A stretch of DNA of 64,000 nucleotides from a virus. Taxonomy: Duplodnaviria > Heunggongvirae > Uroviricota > Caudoviricetes. The stretch is taken from IMG/VR virus record IMGVR_UViG_2574179769_000003, positions 13,748-77,747 of that record. One strand, written 5' to 3'. The notes beneath the pieces were generated by a model. The model was not told where the DNA came from. It did no database searches and saw only the letters and a list, made by a program, of their open reading frames with translations. Positions 11,857 through 22,041 of this stretch are shown one piece after another. Within the stretch, counting starts at the first letter, position 1. Each line of letters opens with the position of its first letter. The position numbers and the translations under genes are program-made.

Positions 11857-12999
11857 TTATTTAGTCAACTTTAATATCTCTTTAGATAAGTTCAAATCAG
11901 TAATTTCTTGTAAATTAGTAAGTCCATATTTTTTTAGAATTAATAATATTGGAGTAACAACTTCTTTGTTTGTTTTATTTTTTACAATAAATGCTTGAAT
12001 GGTTTCAATATTTTCTTTTAATTCTTTTTCTTCTTTGATAATTTTTTGTTGAACTTCGATTTCTTTCATTCTTTTCTTAATTTCTTCATCTTGCTCCATT
12101 TTTGTTTCATCAAATGATTTATTTGATTTAGCCTGTTCTGCCTTAATTGCATCTGTTAAAGCTTTAATGAATTCAACAGAATCAAACTCTATTTCAGGTA
12201 CAATTTCCGCAAATCTTGAACCAGAGTCGATTACATATGCATCATCTCTAAATTTAATTTTTCGAGATTGCGATTTTAAAGTCTTTTTAATTACTTCGTT
12301 TCCTTTGAAATCTTTTTTTCCTGTTTTTTCTGATGAGATAGTTCTGTCAAAGTATGCCAATGCTAAGAAATGAACTTTCTTTTTTAAACCATTGAAATAA
12401 ACTTTTTCAACATCATTTGTCAATGTCGTATATGTTTCACCACTAACAGTGTCAGTGATTTCTTTTGGTTTCACGTGACCAATTACAATAAAGTTAATAC
12501 CAACTTCTTTAAATTCCCACAAAGCATCAAGCATTAGTTCCAACGCTTTCTTTTGTCCTCTTTGATATCCCTTCCAAGCTGCATCGATTGATTTGACTTT
12601 AGCATCTGGATATTCTTTATTACTTTGACGAATAGATTCAGCTTCTGCTAATTCAATAAAACCATCATATGTATCTATAACAACTACTTTTAAGTCTTTA
12701 TAATCAGTGGTTCTATTTTCAATAATGTCATCTTTAATATCTTCAAAAGTATCCCAATCTGATACGTCTTCAGCAATAATTCCCTCAATGGCATCTGCAC
12801 CACTTTCTTTTCCCATTTCTAAGAATAAATAGCCATCTTCGCCAACTAATTCTTCACAAACCTCTTTAATTAATGTTGTATTGTGAGTAACAATATAGTC
12901 TTTTTGTAATATATGTATGATCGGGGTTATCAACCATAATACATTGTGATTCTTCTTTTCCAACCAATTTAATATCTCTAATGATTTTAGAATATTCAA
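11857..12999 (-). CDS. hypothetical protein; possible Sak4/AAA_24-like recombination ATPase core with an aberrant N-terminus
   Basis: VVVIDTYDGF (Walker-B-like) and FIVIGHVKPKE strands resemble AAA_24. No Walker A is found in any frame at the N-terminus, so the call is weak; an N-terminal frameshift is possible. Confidence 0.3.
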   Translation of the reverse strand: MNILKSLEILNWLEKKNHNVLWLITPIIHILQKDYIVTHNTTLIKEVCEELVGEDGYLFLEMGKESGADAIEGIIAEDVSDWDTFEDIKDDIIENRTTDYKDLKVVVIDTYDGFIELAEAESIRQSNKEYPDAKVKSIDAAWKGYQRGQKKALELMLDALWEFKEVGINFIVIGHVKPKEITDTVSGETYTTLTNDVEKVYFNGLKKKVHFLALAYFDRTISSEKTGKKDFKGNEVIKKTLKSQSRKIKFRDDAYVIDSGSRFAEIVPEIEFDSVEFIKALTDAIKAEQAKSNKSFDETKMEQDEEIKKRMKEIEVQQKIIKEEKELKENIETIQAFIVKNKTNKEVVTPILLILKKYGLTNLQEITDLNLSKEILKLTK

Positions 13000-13014
13000 A
13001 ACTTCTCTCTTTAT

Positions 13015-14049
13015 TTAACTTGTTTTTATGTTTTGTGGATAAATGCAATTTTCATAATCACCATAAATTGACATAGAATATTCAATTTCATTGCTACACT
13101 TTTTTGTACTGTTCTCATCTGTATGGTTATATTCGGTAATCTTAACAATATAACCCAACGATCTTGCTAAACTAGAAATATCATTGGCAAGATGCTTAGA
13201 ATAAATACTAATGCAAATATTATTCCCTCTTGCTATATGCCCCGTATTAATGATTCCACTTAATAAAGCAAGCCTATTTTCAATAGATGAATAAATATAA
13301 ATTTCAGGAACAAACTTCTCTTTTGACCCACGATTATTTAATCCTAATTTCTTAATTACTTCTTTGAAAGTATTCGATTTATCTGTTTCACATACAATAC
13401 TTGCTTGTTTATAATTATCAAAACATCTTGTATGAAGTTTAACATTTAAGGATGAAATCTCATTAGCTAACTCTTCAAATAGCTCATTCTCTGAGTTTGT
13501 AAAAGTATATACATCACCAGTGAACCCACCATTACCCAGCATTAATCCTAGAGCATAGGGCGATAATGGTAATTTATTTTGATTATCAAATTCAATAGGT
13601 AAGTTTATAGGGACACTATATTTATAGTTAAATTTACTTTTTTTATTAATGTTGTTAACGGGAGTTTTATAATCTTTTAAAATTTCCTCCAATGTTACTA
13701 CTTTATAACGATAGTCATTATATTTTCCCATATTTGAACGTTGCTTTGCTGTTTGCACTGTCCATAAATGTTTTAGTCCACATCGTGTAGAAGTACCATC
13801 TTCAAATGTTACTTCATAAACATCTTTTACACCTTGTGGGAAAACTCCAGTTACGGGATATGTTTTACCATCTCTACCATAAACCAAGTCTCCAATTTGA
13901 ATCTCTCCCATTGGTTTCCAACCTGCGCTTGTAAGCACTGGTTCTGAGATAGGTTGTTCTTTACCAATCTTAGGTTCTCCTAATAAGATTGTATTATATG
14001 ATAAAGGATCAACTTTTACGTGATTCTTTTTACCAAATCTTCTAACCAT
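13015..14049 (-). CDS. Hint-domain LAGLIDADG homing endonuclease (free-standing)
   Basis: Hint-like N-terminus (VLTSAGWKPMGEIQIGDLVYGRDGKTYPVTGV); two LAGLIDADG-type motifs LGLMLGNGGF and LLSGIINTGH. The start overlaps the upstream stop (TAATG), so it is a separate gene rather than an in-frame intein. Confidence 0.6.
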   Translation of the reverse strand: MVRRFGKKNHVKVDPLSYNTILLGEPKIGKEQPISEPVLTSAGWKPMGEIQIGDLVYGRDGKTYPVTGVFPQGVKDVYEVTFEDGTSTRCGLKHLWTVQTAKQRSNMGKYNDYRYKVVTLEEILKDYKTPVNNINKKSKFNYKYSVPINLPIEFDNQNKLPLSPYALGLMLGNGGFTGDVYTFTNSENELFEELANEISSLNVKLHTRCFDNYKQASIVCETDKSNTFKEVIKKLGLNNRGSKEKFVPEIYIYSSIENRLALLSGIINTGHIARGNNICISIYSKHLANDISSLARSLGYIVKITEYNHTDENSTKKCSNEIEYSMSIYGDYENCIYPQNIKTS

Positions 14050-15185
14050 TAGTCACCTAATTCTTTCAATAATTTTTCTAAATCTGCCGCTTCTTCATCA
14101 TCCAATTTTGGATCAACTACTTTCATTTCTGTATCTTGTTTTTTATTTGTTGCTTTAGGCAAGATAAATTCTAAATCAGATTCTTCATATTTTTTTCTAT
14201 CAATTTGAAGTTTTGGAGTTTTTGTTCCATCTTCATTAATAATCATTTTGATGTCAGGTTTGATTAACATCATTCTTCGTTCTCTATTTGAACTTACTGA
14301 ACATTTATCCAATGCTTCGTCAAGTTCATATATTCCCATATCAACCATTTGTTTAATATCATCATCCAAATCGTCATATGTAGCTGTTACAATGGTTCCA
14401 CCTTCAATAAATCTTCCTACAAAAGTAATTGCTGTAACGCCCTCTTTAACTTTGAATAATAATCGTATTAATTTTAAATATTTTTCATTATCTGAATTAT
14501 CTATTTTATATTCAAAGTTCACTTTAAATGGATAAGTTTGTTTTACATCAACGCCTTTATAATCTTTAAGGTAATCCGCCACATAACCATCTATTAATAA
14601 ACATCCTTTATCTTTGTCATATTTTTTAACATCTAGGCAGTCCTTATCGAATAATACTGTTTGAGTAAATTTGGCATCATATTCTTCTGGTTTTTTATTT
14701 GAAAGATAGATTGCTTTAATTTCTTTATTTACCACTACATTATCATCATTATTAAATGAATATTTTAAATTTCCTTTGACATTAACAATCATACCTTCTT
14801 CAAGGTTTTCTTTAATATAATTTATAAAATCATAAGAACTCAAAAATTCTTCAATAACTAAATTATCATTAACATCCTTTTTTAAGCCTGCTTTATAGAA
14901 ACAATTTTTACCAATAGTCATTAAAATATCTTTATTGTCTCTATCTTCCCAAGCAATATCAAATCTGTTATCAAAATCATCATATCCATTTTCATCTTTA
15001 CCATGAACATATACTAAATTTTTACGATCTTTTCCATAACCACCCATTGCTTTCCCGTATATCACACCACATTCTTCTCCGCAGTTGATTCCAAGATTTA
15101 GGCTGTTATAAATCCAATCACTCTTTTTTGACTTTTCATCTATTTGGAAAGTAAATTTATTAAATTTAGCAACTTTCCCCACCAA
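14049..15185 (-). CDS. hypothetical protein
   Basis: 378 aa acidic protein in the replication module; no recognisable motifs. Confidence 0.5.
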   Translation of the reverse strand: MVGKVAKFNKFTFQIDEKSKKSDWIYNSLNLGINCGEECGVIYGKAMGGYGKDRKNLVYVHGKDENGYDDFDNRFDIAWEDRDNKDILMTIGKNCFYKAGLKKDVNDNLVIEEFLSSYDFINYIKENLEEGMIVNVKGNLKYSFNNDDNVVVNKEIKAIYLSNKKPEEYDAKFTQTVLFDKDCLDVKKYDKDKGCLLIDGYVADYLKDYKGVDVKQTYPFKVNFEYKIDNSDNEKYLKLIRLLFKVKEGVTAITFVGRFIEGGTIVTATYDDLDDDIKQMVDMGIYELDEALDKCSVSSNRERRMMLIKPDIKMIINEDGTKTPKLQIDRKKYEESDLEFILPKATNKKQDTEMKVVDPKLDDEEAADLEKLLKELGD

Positions 15186-15280
15186 ACTAAAGCTTGATGC
15201 ACCTCTTTTTAATCCATTTTGTTTTCTGCCATTAAATCCTCCATTTTCTTTTTTTTATTTTAAATTTATTTTCAACGTTA

Positions 15281-15556
15281 CTATCGGACTACTTTTTCTT
15301 CGTCATCTTTCACGTTTGAAACTTTTTTGTCATACTCAGCCATAATTGCCATGTATTTATTTTCTGAAATTTCTTCTAAACAATCATGGTCATGCCATTC
15401 GCCACAATTTGTTTGTGTATAATAAATCACACCTTCCTGATCAAAATACCTATATTCATATTTACCGACATTTTTCAAATATGGCTCTAATGATGGTTTT
15501 ACAACATTCTTTTTTATACTATTTTCTAATAGTAGCTTATGCCACTCTTCCATCAA
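15281..15556 (-). CDS. hypothetical protein
   Basis: 91 aa ORF. Confidence 0.4.
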   Translation of the reverse strand: MMEEWHKLLLENSIKKNVVKPSLEPYLKNVGKYEYRYFDQEGVIYYTQTNCGEWHDHDCLEEISENKYMAIMAEYDKKVSNVKDDEEKVVR

Positions 15557-15831
15557 TTAGATTTTTGTTTCAATTTATAAAACCAAGTGCCATCAACAAT
15601 TGTTTTATTTTTATCTAGTTGTTTTTTGACGCTAAAATTTAACTGTCCTTTTCTCAAATAAAATGAGTCAAACAAAGGTATAAATGCGCTTGTATCTATG
15701 TTATTTTCTTTAAGAAATTCATTAGCCAATTCGACCATTTTCTTTTTATGTTCTTTCCAAGTAAAATATTTTTTGTGTAAGGGCGAATCTCTAACAACTT
15801 TAAAGAAACGTTCTTTTCTTTCTTCCATCAA
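15553..15831 (-). CDS. hypothetical protein
   Basis: 92 aa ORF, 4-bp overlaps on both sides. Confidence 0.4.
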   Translation of the reverse strand: MMEERKERFFKVVRDSPLHKKYFTWKEHKKKMVELANEFLKENNIDTSAFIPLFDSFYLRKGQLNFSVKKQLDKNKTIVDGTWFYKLKQKSN

Positions 15832-16757
15832 TCTGCTACTTTCACGAATAGACTAGGCTTAATTAATTTAATTTGATTTGTAATCTCAGCTTGCAAAACT
15901 TTAAAATTTATAGTTGGTTTTTTATAGTCTTGAACAATATTCCAAATTTCTTCATCAATTATAGTGTGATATAGTACACTTAATAAACATGGAATTAATC
16001 TTTTTCTATCATTTATAGGATCAAAATTATCACCATTTATAATTTTTTGATATTCTTTTTCAACTAATGCCTCTGTTACATATTTTTTAGATATTTTTGT
16101 TTCAATAGAAGTTGTATCTTCGTTTAGTTGAGCTTTGGATTTTTTACCAGAGTTATTGAGATACTCACTATGAATTGCTTTTGCCCATGTTTTTCTACCA
16201 TACTTGTTAACATATTGATAATTTTTAATTACAATTCCTTCACCATACCCCATACCTTCTTTAATAAGGTAGGTATTAGAGTTTAATTCTTTAACAATTT
16301 GATCAATTGTAGGATTCTCTAATATATTAATAACTGGAATATAATCAATCTTATATTTATCTAGTAGTGGACTATATTCTTCAAAACTTAAATATCTTAT
16401 ATCTTCGCCTAAATCTTCGCAAACGTCAAATACATAAAATTTATCCCATGCATCATCATTGTAAGTTTTTAGCGAATGGGGTTTTAAAAACTCTCCAAAC
16501 AACCTGTGGTTAGGATGTTCTCTTAAATAATTTGTTATATTTTCATTTTTATTATAATGATTATAAAACCCTTGATTATCTTGAAATAATGTCAGCTCTC
16601 TTCGTCTACTTCCACAACCTAGTGTTCCATCGTCATTTAACCAAATTGAAGCATTAGTTCCATCAATTTTAGGTTGGATAAATACCTTTCCATTTAAAAT
16701 ACCCTCGGTTTCAGAAGTTCCGAGTCTTGCAATATGTTGATACTTTTTAAACTCCAT
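15828..16757 (-). CDS. Rnl2-family RNA ligase (nucleotidyltransferase KxDG motif)
   Basis: IQPKIDGTNASIW (KxDGxN lysine-adenylylation motif), FGEF and FYVFDV motifs; the order matches T4 Rnl2-like ligases. Confidence 0.65.
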   Translation of the reverse strand: MEFKKYQHIARLGTSETEGILNGKVFIQPKIDGTNASIWLNDDGTLGCGSRRRELTLFQDNQGFYNHYNKNENITNYLREHPNHRLFGEFLKPHSLKTYNDDAWDKFYVFDVCEDLGEDIRYLSFEEYSPLLDKYKIDYIPVINILENPTIDQIVKELNSNTYLIKEGMGYGEGIVIKNYQYVNKYGRKTWAKAIHSEYLNNSGKKSKAQLNEDTTSIETKISKKYVTEALVEKEYQKIINGDNFDPINDRKRLIPCLLSVLYHTIIDEEIWNIVQDYKKPTINFKVLQAEITNQIKLIKPSLFVKVAD

Positions 16758-16773
16758 TTACTATTCCTTCTCC

Positions 16774-16986
16774 TTATCTTAATACCAAACTAAATTGTTC
16801 TTTTTTAGATGCTCCAGGCGTAATCCAAATAGGCTGATGGTTATCATCTTCTATTCTAATATCGTGAGTACTGTTCTTAAGCCTTAAAATTTTATAAATC
16901 TTACCTACTGTCAAACTTGGTCTATTTGTTTTCACACATTTCATATATTGATATTTTTTTCTTTTTTTGTTTCTTTCTTTTATCAT
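16774..16986 (-). CDS. hypothetical small basic protein
   Basis: 70 aa ORF. Confidence 0.35.
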   Translation of the reverse strand: MIKERNKKRKKYQYMKCVKTNRPSLTVGKIYKILRLKNSTHDIRIEDDNHQPIWITPGASKKEQFSLVLR

Positions 16987-16987
16987 T

Positions 16988-17012
16988 TATATATATATAT
17001 ATATATATATAT
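16988..17012. repeat. (TA)n dinucleotide microsatellite, ~12 units
   Basis: tatatatatatatatatatatatat read directly in the sequence. Confidence 0.9.
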
Positions 17013-17063
17013 TTCAATATACATTGTTAACATCATTTAACTCATTCTCGATTCATATTAATA

Positions 17064-17600
17064 TTTTCCCATTTTTCTACCTCATTCTTTCTATTTATTT
17101 CTATTCATCAATTTTCTTTTTTTACATATTTTTCCCATTTATACAATTTACAAACTGTATATTTGTTTATTTTCCTAAACATCAAGATACAATAAAACCA
17201 TTCTGATATCTTTAACATATACCAGTACTTGCACTTATTCTTCTACGACACCAATAATTTCAACTTTCTCACATCTGATTTTACCATCTGTTTGATAAGG
17301 TACGCACACACCCATTAGCCATTCGTTTCTAATAAGAACTTTATATATTGTTCGACCTGAAGTTGTTATGTCTCCTTTAACCCAATCTAAAGTTGCTACA
17401 TTTATACCGCACCCACAGCCACTTGTTCTATTGAAATTGACATTTTCTTCTATTACTTCTCCTATTTCAATTTTCCAATTAGGATTTGGTTTATAGCATA
17501 GACCAAATGTTTTATAGGCAATATATCCCTCATCAGTTTTTTCGAAATATTTATTCATAATTTCGATTGCTGATGGTAAGCCTTTTGCATTACTTAAATT
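17064..17600. repeat. copy 1 of a ~0.53 kb direct repeat (3' end of a pentapeptide-repeat gene plus the downstream region); copy 2 at 51062..51605
   Basis: Near-identical to 51062..51605; the differences I found on a read-through comparison are single-base homopolymer length changes (T7/T8, T4/T3, A4/A5, T3/T4, T4/T5). Confidence 0.85.
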
Positions 17601-18125
17601 TGCACCTCTTAAATCTGCATTATTTAAATCTGCATATCTTAAATTTGCATTACTTAATTTTGCACCACTTAAATTTGCATTACTTAATTTTGCACCACTT
17701 AAATCTGCATTATTTAAATCTGCATATCTTAAATTTGCATTACTTAATTTTGCACCACTTAAATTTGCATTACTTAATTTTGCACCACTTAAATTTGCAT
17801 ATCTTAAATTTGCACCACTTAAATCTGCACCTCTTAAATCTGCATTACTTAAATTTGCATTACTTAATTTTGCACCACTTAAATTTGCATATCTTAAATT
17901 TGCACCACTTAAATCTGCATAACTTAAATCTGCATTACTTAAATCTGCATTACTTAAATCTGCATAACTTAAATCTGCATTACTTAAATCTGCATTACTT
18001 AAATTTGCATTAATTAAATTTGCGTCAATTAAATCTGCTCTAGCTCCACCATATTCATTATTTAACCATTTTTCATGAAGATTTAATATTTTATTTAGTT
18101 CTTCTTGTGTTATTTGTTTTAGCAT
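17235..18125 (-). CDS. pentapeptide-repeat protein with a Cys-containing C-terminal domain
   Basis: About 35 tandem A(D/N)LSx pentapeptides encoded by 15-bp DNA repeats (17580..18050); C-terminal domain ...[18 protein letters not shown]...; paralogs at 51278..52110 and 55268..55522. Confidence 0.85.
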   Translation of the reverse strand: MLKQITQEELNKILNLHEKWLNNEYGGARADLIDANLINANLSNADLSNADLSYADLSNADLSNADLSYADLSGANLRYANLSGAKLSNANLSNADLRGADLSGANLRYANLSGAKLSNANLSGAKLSNANLRYADLNNADLSGAKLSNANLSGAKLSNANLRYADLNNADLRGANLSNAKGLPSAIEIMNKYFEKTDEGYIAYKTFGLCYKPNPNWKIEIGEVIEENVNFNRTSGCGCGINVATLDWVKGDITTSGRTIYKVLIRNEWLMGVCVPYQTDGKIRCEKVEIIGVVEE

Positions 18126-18156
18126 TTTTATTTTCTCCTTGTTTTTTTAATGTTTC

Positions 18157-18897
18157 TTAGTTTGCTATATATTCAAAACATGGCATTGGTTGAAATTTAA
18201 ATAAATTTTTTTTATGCATTTTATCAATTGTGTTTTTAATATCTAAATCATCTATTTCCTCAGTGCGAATATATTTGTCTAAAATTTCATAGGAAAAACC
18301 AAAATTTTCTTCATCGGTTTTCCCACAAAGTCCATCAGTTGGAACTTTATCTATTAGTATATTGGATAGTCCCAATTCTTTGCCAATAAGTTTTACTTCT
18401 GTCTTTGTAAGTTTTGATAGTGGGCTAAAATCCCCAACACTATCTCCATATCTGGTTGAATATCCTATCCAATCCTCTGATAAATTACAAGTATTGACAA
18501 CTCTGCCATTAACCGATTGAGAATATGCATATAATGTAGCCATTCTAATTCTAGCAGGAAGATTTATAATAGTTTGTTTTGAAACCTCAACACTTGGTGG
18601 AAATTGATTATTAATAGCAGTTACTGCATTAAATATATTCATAACATCAAAACTGATCCCAAGTTGTCCACAAAGAAAATAAGAATAGCTGATATCTTCT
18701 TGTTCTCCACAAGGCATAAGCAATCCTCTTACTCTTTCTTTCCCTAATGCCTCTACACATAAGGCTGCTGCAACTGAAGAGTCAACTCCGCCAGATATTC
18801 CAACAACAGCATTACAATCTTTGCCATTTTTATCAAACCAATCTTTTATAAAAGAAACTATTTCATCTTTTACTTTTTTAGCATCAAACTTATACAT
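18157..18897 (-). CDS. nadE: NH3-dependent NAD+ synthetase (PP-loop ATP pyrophosphatase)
   Basis: VGISGGVDSSVAAALCVEALG PP-loop SGGxDS motif and overall NadE-like layout. Confidence 0.7.
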   Translation of the reverse strand: MYKFDAKKVKDEIVSFIKDWFDKNGKDCNAVVGISGGVDSSVAAALCVEALGKERVRGLLMPCGEQEDISYSYFLCGQLGISFDVMNIFNAVTAINNQFPPSVEVSKQTIINLPARIRMATLYAYSQSVNGRVVNTCNLSEDWIGYSTRYGDSVGDFSPLSKLTKTEVKLIGKELGLSNILIDKVPTDGLCGKTDEENFGFSYEILDKYIRTEEIDDLDIKNTIDKMHKKNLFKFQPMPCFEYIAN

Positions 18898-18898
18898 G

Positions 18899-19303
18899 CT
18901 AAATCACTCCTTTTTCTATTTTTTCAATTAATGTATTAAGATGATCATATACCATAGGCAATCCACCTCTATCGTCTAAATAAGCATTGGCATATATCTT
19001 ACGTCCATTTACTTTTACCATTGAATTACAATTAATCCCATCATAAGGAATTCCATATCTATTGCAATAAGATTTTATTTCGGAAAGTTTATCTACTCCA
19101 TTACCCGTAAAGATAATAATTTGTGCATATCTATCCCATCTTTTTAATAAGTTAATAACATTTGTATATGTTCGTCCAAGCCTATGGAAATCATAAATTG
19201 TATCATCAAAATCTACAGCAATGATTAATTTGCCATATTTTATAAACTCATCTTCTAATCTTTGATAACAATTATCTGGGCTTAAATAATAGTCCATTAT
19301 CAA
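18899..19303 (-). CDS. small HAD-superfamily phosphatase (DxDxT)
   Basis: IIAVDFDDTIYDF motif I, C-terminal YLDDRGG acidic motif; size and motifs are compatible with a nucleotide/polynucleotide phosphatase. Confidence 0.45.
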   Translation of the reverse strand: MIMDYYLSPDNCYQRLEDEFIKYGKLIIAVDFDDTIYDFHRLGRTYTNVINLLKRWDRYAQIIIFTGNGVDKLSEIKSYCNRYGIPYDGINCNSMVKVNGRKIYANAYLDDRGGLPMVYDHLNTLIEKIEKGVI

Positions 19304-19731
19304 ATCTCACTTCTAACTTTCATTAAAATTTTGCCTAGTTTGTTTTCTCCTACAATATCTTTACACTTAGGACACTCACAATTGCCCCAAATATTATCAT
19401 GCCAACCAGTCGTTCCTTCAATCAATTCATGAGGATATGTATCTAATAACTTTTTCTTTAAATATTGGTGTTGAGTAAATTTTGCTTTAACAATTTCATA
19501 CATATATTTTTCTTTTACTTTTTCCCAATCATCTCTTAAAAGTATTTTTCTCCCTAGTTTCTTGGCTTCGACAGGATTTAAATTTTGAAATTTAATCTTT
19601 TCACTAATTCTAGTTATTTTTTGTGCTTGAAAAGCAGCTTCATTATTAAGATAAACTATCCCATCATATTCAATTGGTGTTTCATAATAATTGCTTAAAA
19701 AACGATATTTACCTCTAAAGTTATCAATCAT
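19300..19731 (-). CDS. NADAR (YbiA-like, DUF1768) domain protein
   Basis: FLSNYY...IEYDGIVYLNNEAAFQAQK...GWHDNIWGNC resembles the YbiA/NADAR fold. Confidence 0.55.
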   Translation of the reverse strand: MIDNFRGKYRFLSNYYETPIEYDGIVYLNNEAAFQAQKITRISEKIKFQNLNPVEAKKLGRKILLRDDWEKVKEKYMYEIVKAKFTQHQYLKKKLLDTYPHELIEGTTGWHDNIWGNCECPKCKDIVGENKLGKILMKVRSEI

Positions 19732-21195
19732 TAAAATTCTCCTTTATTTAATCTTTGACGAATTTGTTCAAATGATTCTTCTCTTTTTAACATACCATTG
19801 CTAAACATTTTTTCTAATGACGTATTTTCTGTAGAAACTAAACAATTATATCCATCTACGCATTTATATCCATCTTCTGTTTTAATAACAGCACAACAAC
19901 CTTTATGAGATTTCTTTAATTTTGATGTGTCTGTTTTAGGATTTTTATAAATAGGGAATTTGAAATTTCCAACTTCCCCATAAGTAGCCTTCATAGCAAT
20001 ACCAAATGTATCTCTTGTATTAACAATAAACTTTCCATCATCTTCAAAAATAGCATGGAAGCAGAACGCTCCTACTCCAAATACAATGTTGTTAGCAGCA
20101 AACCCTAGTTTATATAACTCTTCATAGATTTCTTCGACTTTATTTATAGTACATCCATCCCCATAAATAATGCCAATATGAGGATCTAATACTTTATATC
20201 CTTTACTATTGATACTTCCACCAAATGTTTTCCACAAGAGTTTAATTGTTTCAATTGATATTTCAACAATATCTCCGCTATCAGGTCTAATTAATAACTT
20301 TCCATTGTGATTCATAATTTCTTCTTTGCATTGAGGTAAAATATTTTTTACTATATTCCAATAATCATAAGTATCAGATACCATGCTGAATGAAGTATTA
20401 GGATATAATTCTGTTAATAATCTTTTTACAAAAGTGATTTCATCGCCATCAACTGAGAAGTTAGCTCCCATAACTGCATGCTCTGTAGATACAGCTCCAA
20501 TTCCAATATTTTTATCAGCATTATAATATTCTCTAATATATTGCAATGCGGGGATTGTACTTGTCTTATCAAAAGATAACAGCCATGATGCAGATGTTCT
20601 AATAGAATCTTCTAAACATGACATACCTCTCATTCCAAAGTCTGACATAGCCATTCTAGAATCCATATTATCAACTGTTAGATCATAATATTTGTTTGCT
20701 ACTTCCTTATAAATCTTTCCAATAGTAGCGTAATTACATGTTGGCCATAATTCTACTTGTAGAATACATTCTAGCCATTGTACAACCCACGCAAAATCTG
20801 GATGAGTATTTGTCAATTCAATACAAGGAACTCCCATATTAACAATACTTCCTTCAGGCAATGCTCTAATTAGAATGGGTAGATACCCTAATTTATGAAG
20901 ATTTATGATTGCGTCCAAATCATAGTTTCCTTCGCCTAATTGTGTGTCCATATAGGAATTATATTCTCCAATAACCTCATCTATTGGTTTGTTAAAAAAG
21001 TTATTATTAAAAATCTTCGACAAGATACTTTTTGATAAACTCCTGCAAACCAAAGAACACCATTTTATCATACTTCTCTGACATCGCTTTTCTAGGTGTC
21101 CAATAAGAAACCAATTTTGTTAAATCCTTAGGAAACATTCGCAGATGTGTTTGTTTATATGTATCCGACAATAATAAGGTTGTTAAATTTTTCAT
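19731..21195 (-). CDS. nadV: nicotinamide phosphoribosyltransferase family protein (NadV/NAMPT or Namat-like); frames joined across a T5 run near 21010..21020
   Basis: N-terminal fragment LLSDTYKQTH...VFFGLQEFIKKYL matches the NAMPT N-terminus; the main ORF has LIRPDSGD and EHAVMG-region motifs. T5 to T4 fuses the frames (LVEDFNNNFFNKP). Confidence 0.8.
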
Positions 21196-21209
21196 TTCAT
21201 TTTCCTTTC

Positions 21210-22040
21210 TTAAACCTTTATAACTTCAATTTTCTCGTGTTTTCCAGTAAATAAACTATTAGTAGTAAACAGTCTTTCTACTGTGCCATCTTCCAGTGAT
21301 TTAATTAAAGTTCCTCTTTCTCTATCTAAAATACTATTTTCGCAATGACTTACATAAGCATAAATCTTTTTTGCTCCAAGTTCTTTTAATTTATTTGCAC
21401 CATAATACATTGATCCACCATAACTACAAATATCATCAAACATTAATACGGTCTTGTCTTTCAAATCAATTTCGTTTGTAATTATTTCAAGCCCCATAAT
21501 TTTCCCGCTTGTCCAATCACGATGTTTTACTCCATAACAAGTTTTAAACCCACGAAATAAATCTTCGTATTTTTTACTAGCCCCATTATCGGGGAAATAA
21601 ACAATTAAGTCATCTTCATTAATATTTTCGTTAATATTAATATCTCTTAATATAAGTCGTCTTACAAATACATTTAAGTCAAGTAAATATAAATTATCAA
21701 TCAAAGCTTCGCTAACTGGCGAATGTGGATCAATTGATAGCACTTTTTTAAATCCTAATGAATTTATAATATTGGCGAAATATTTTAATGTAAATACATC
21801 TCTCTTTGTCTTGATTCTATCCATTCTTGCGTTAGGAATATATGGCATATGTAATTCATTTTCTTTTCCACCATGCTCTTTTAAATAATTTGTAATATAA
21901 ATTAAAGCAATTAATTCTTCTTCATTTTCATAATACCATTTGATAATATTAACTGTTTTAATTTCGCATGAAGGAGTTAAATGTAATGTGCCATCAGGAA
22001 AATGATTTAGTTTTAATTTACTATCATTAATTAAAATCAT
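21210..22040 (-). CDS. prs: ribose-phosphate pyrophosphokinase family protein (Prs- or Adps-like)
   Basis: VLMFDDICSYGGSMYYGANKLKELGAKKIYAYVSHC corresponds to the PRPP-binding loop of Prs-family enzymes. Confidence 0.7.
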   Translation of the reverse strand: MILINDSKLKLNHFPDGTLHLTPSCEIKTVNIIKWYYENEEELIALIYITNYLKEHGGKENELHMPYIPNARMDRIKTKRDVFTLKYFANIINSLGFKKVLSIDPHSPVSEALIDNLYLLDLNVFVRRLILRDININENINEDDLIVYFPDNGASKKYEDLFRGFKTCYGVKHRDWTSGKIMGLEIITNEIDLKDKTVLMFDDICSYGGSMYYGANKLKELGAKKIYAYVSHCENSILDRERGTLIKSLEDGTVERLFTTNSLFTGKHEKIEVIKV

Positions 22041-22041
22041 T

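Noticed and set aside
13015-14049. In-frame intein interpretation of the Hint/LAGLIDADG ORF
   Set aside because: The ORF has its own ATG overlapping the upstream stop (TAATG) and a stop before the downstream gene, so it is not in frame with flanking exteins.
17567-18013. Plus-strand ORFs (17567-18013, 51566-51997, 51690-51968) with repetitive LNLH(Y/I/H)LNLH translations
   Set aside because: They are antisense frames of the 15-bp pentapeptide tandem repeats on the minus-strand genes; low complexity, no start context.
17580-18050. Possible CRISPR array (regular short direct repeats)
   Set aside because: Units are 15 bp, contiguous with no spacers, and in frame with a protein-coding pentapeptide-repeat gene; not a repeat-spacer architecture.
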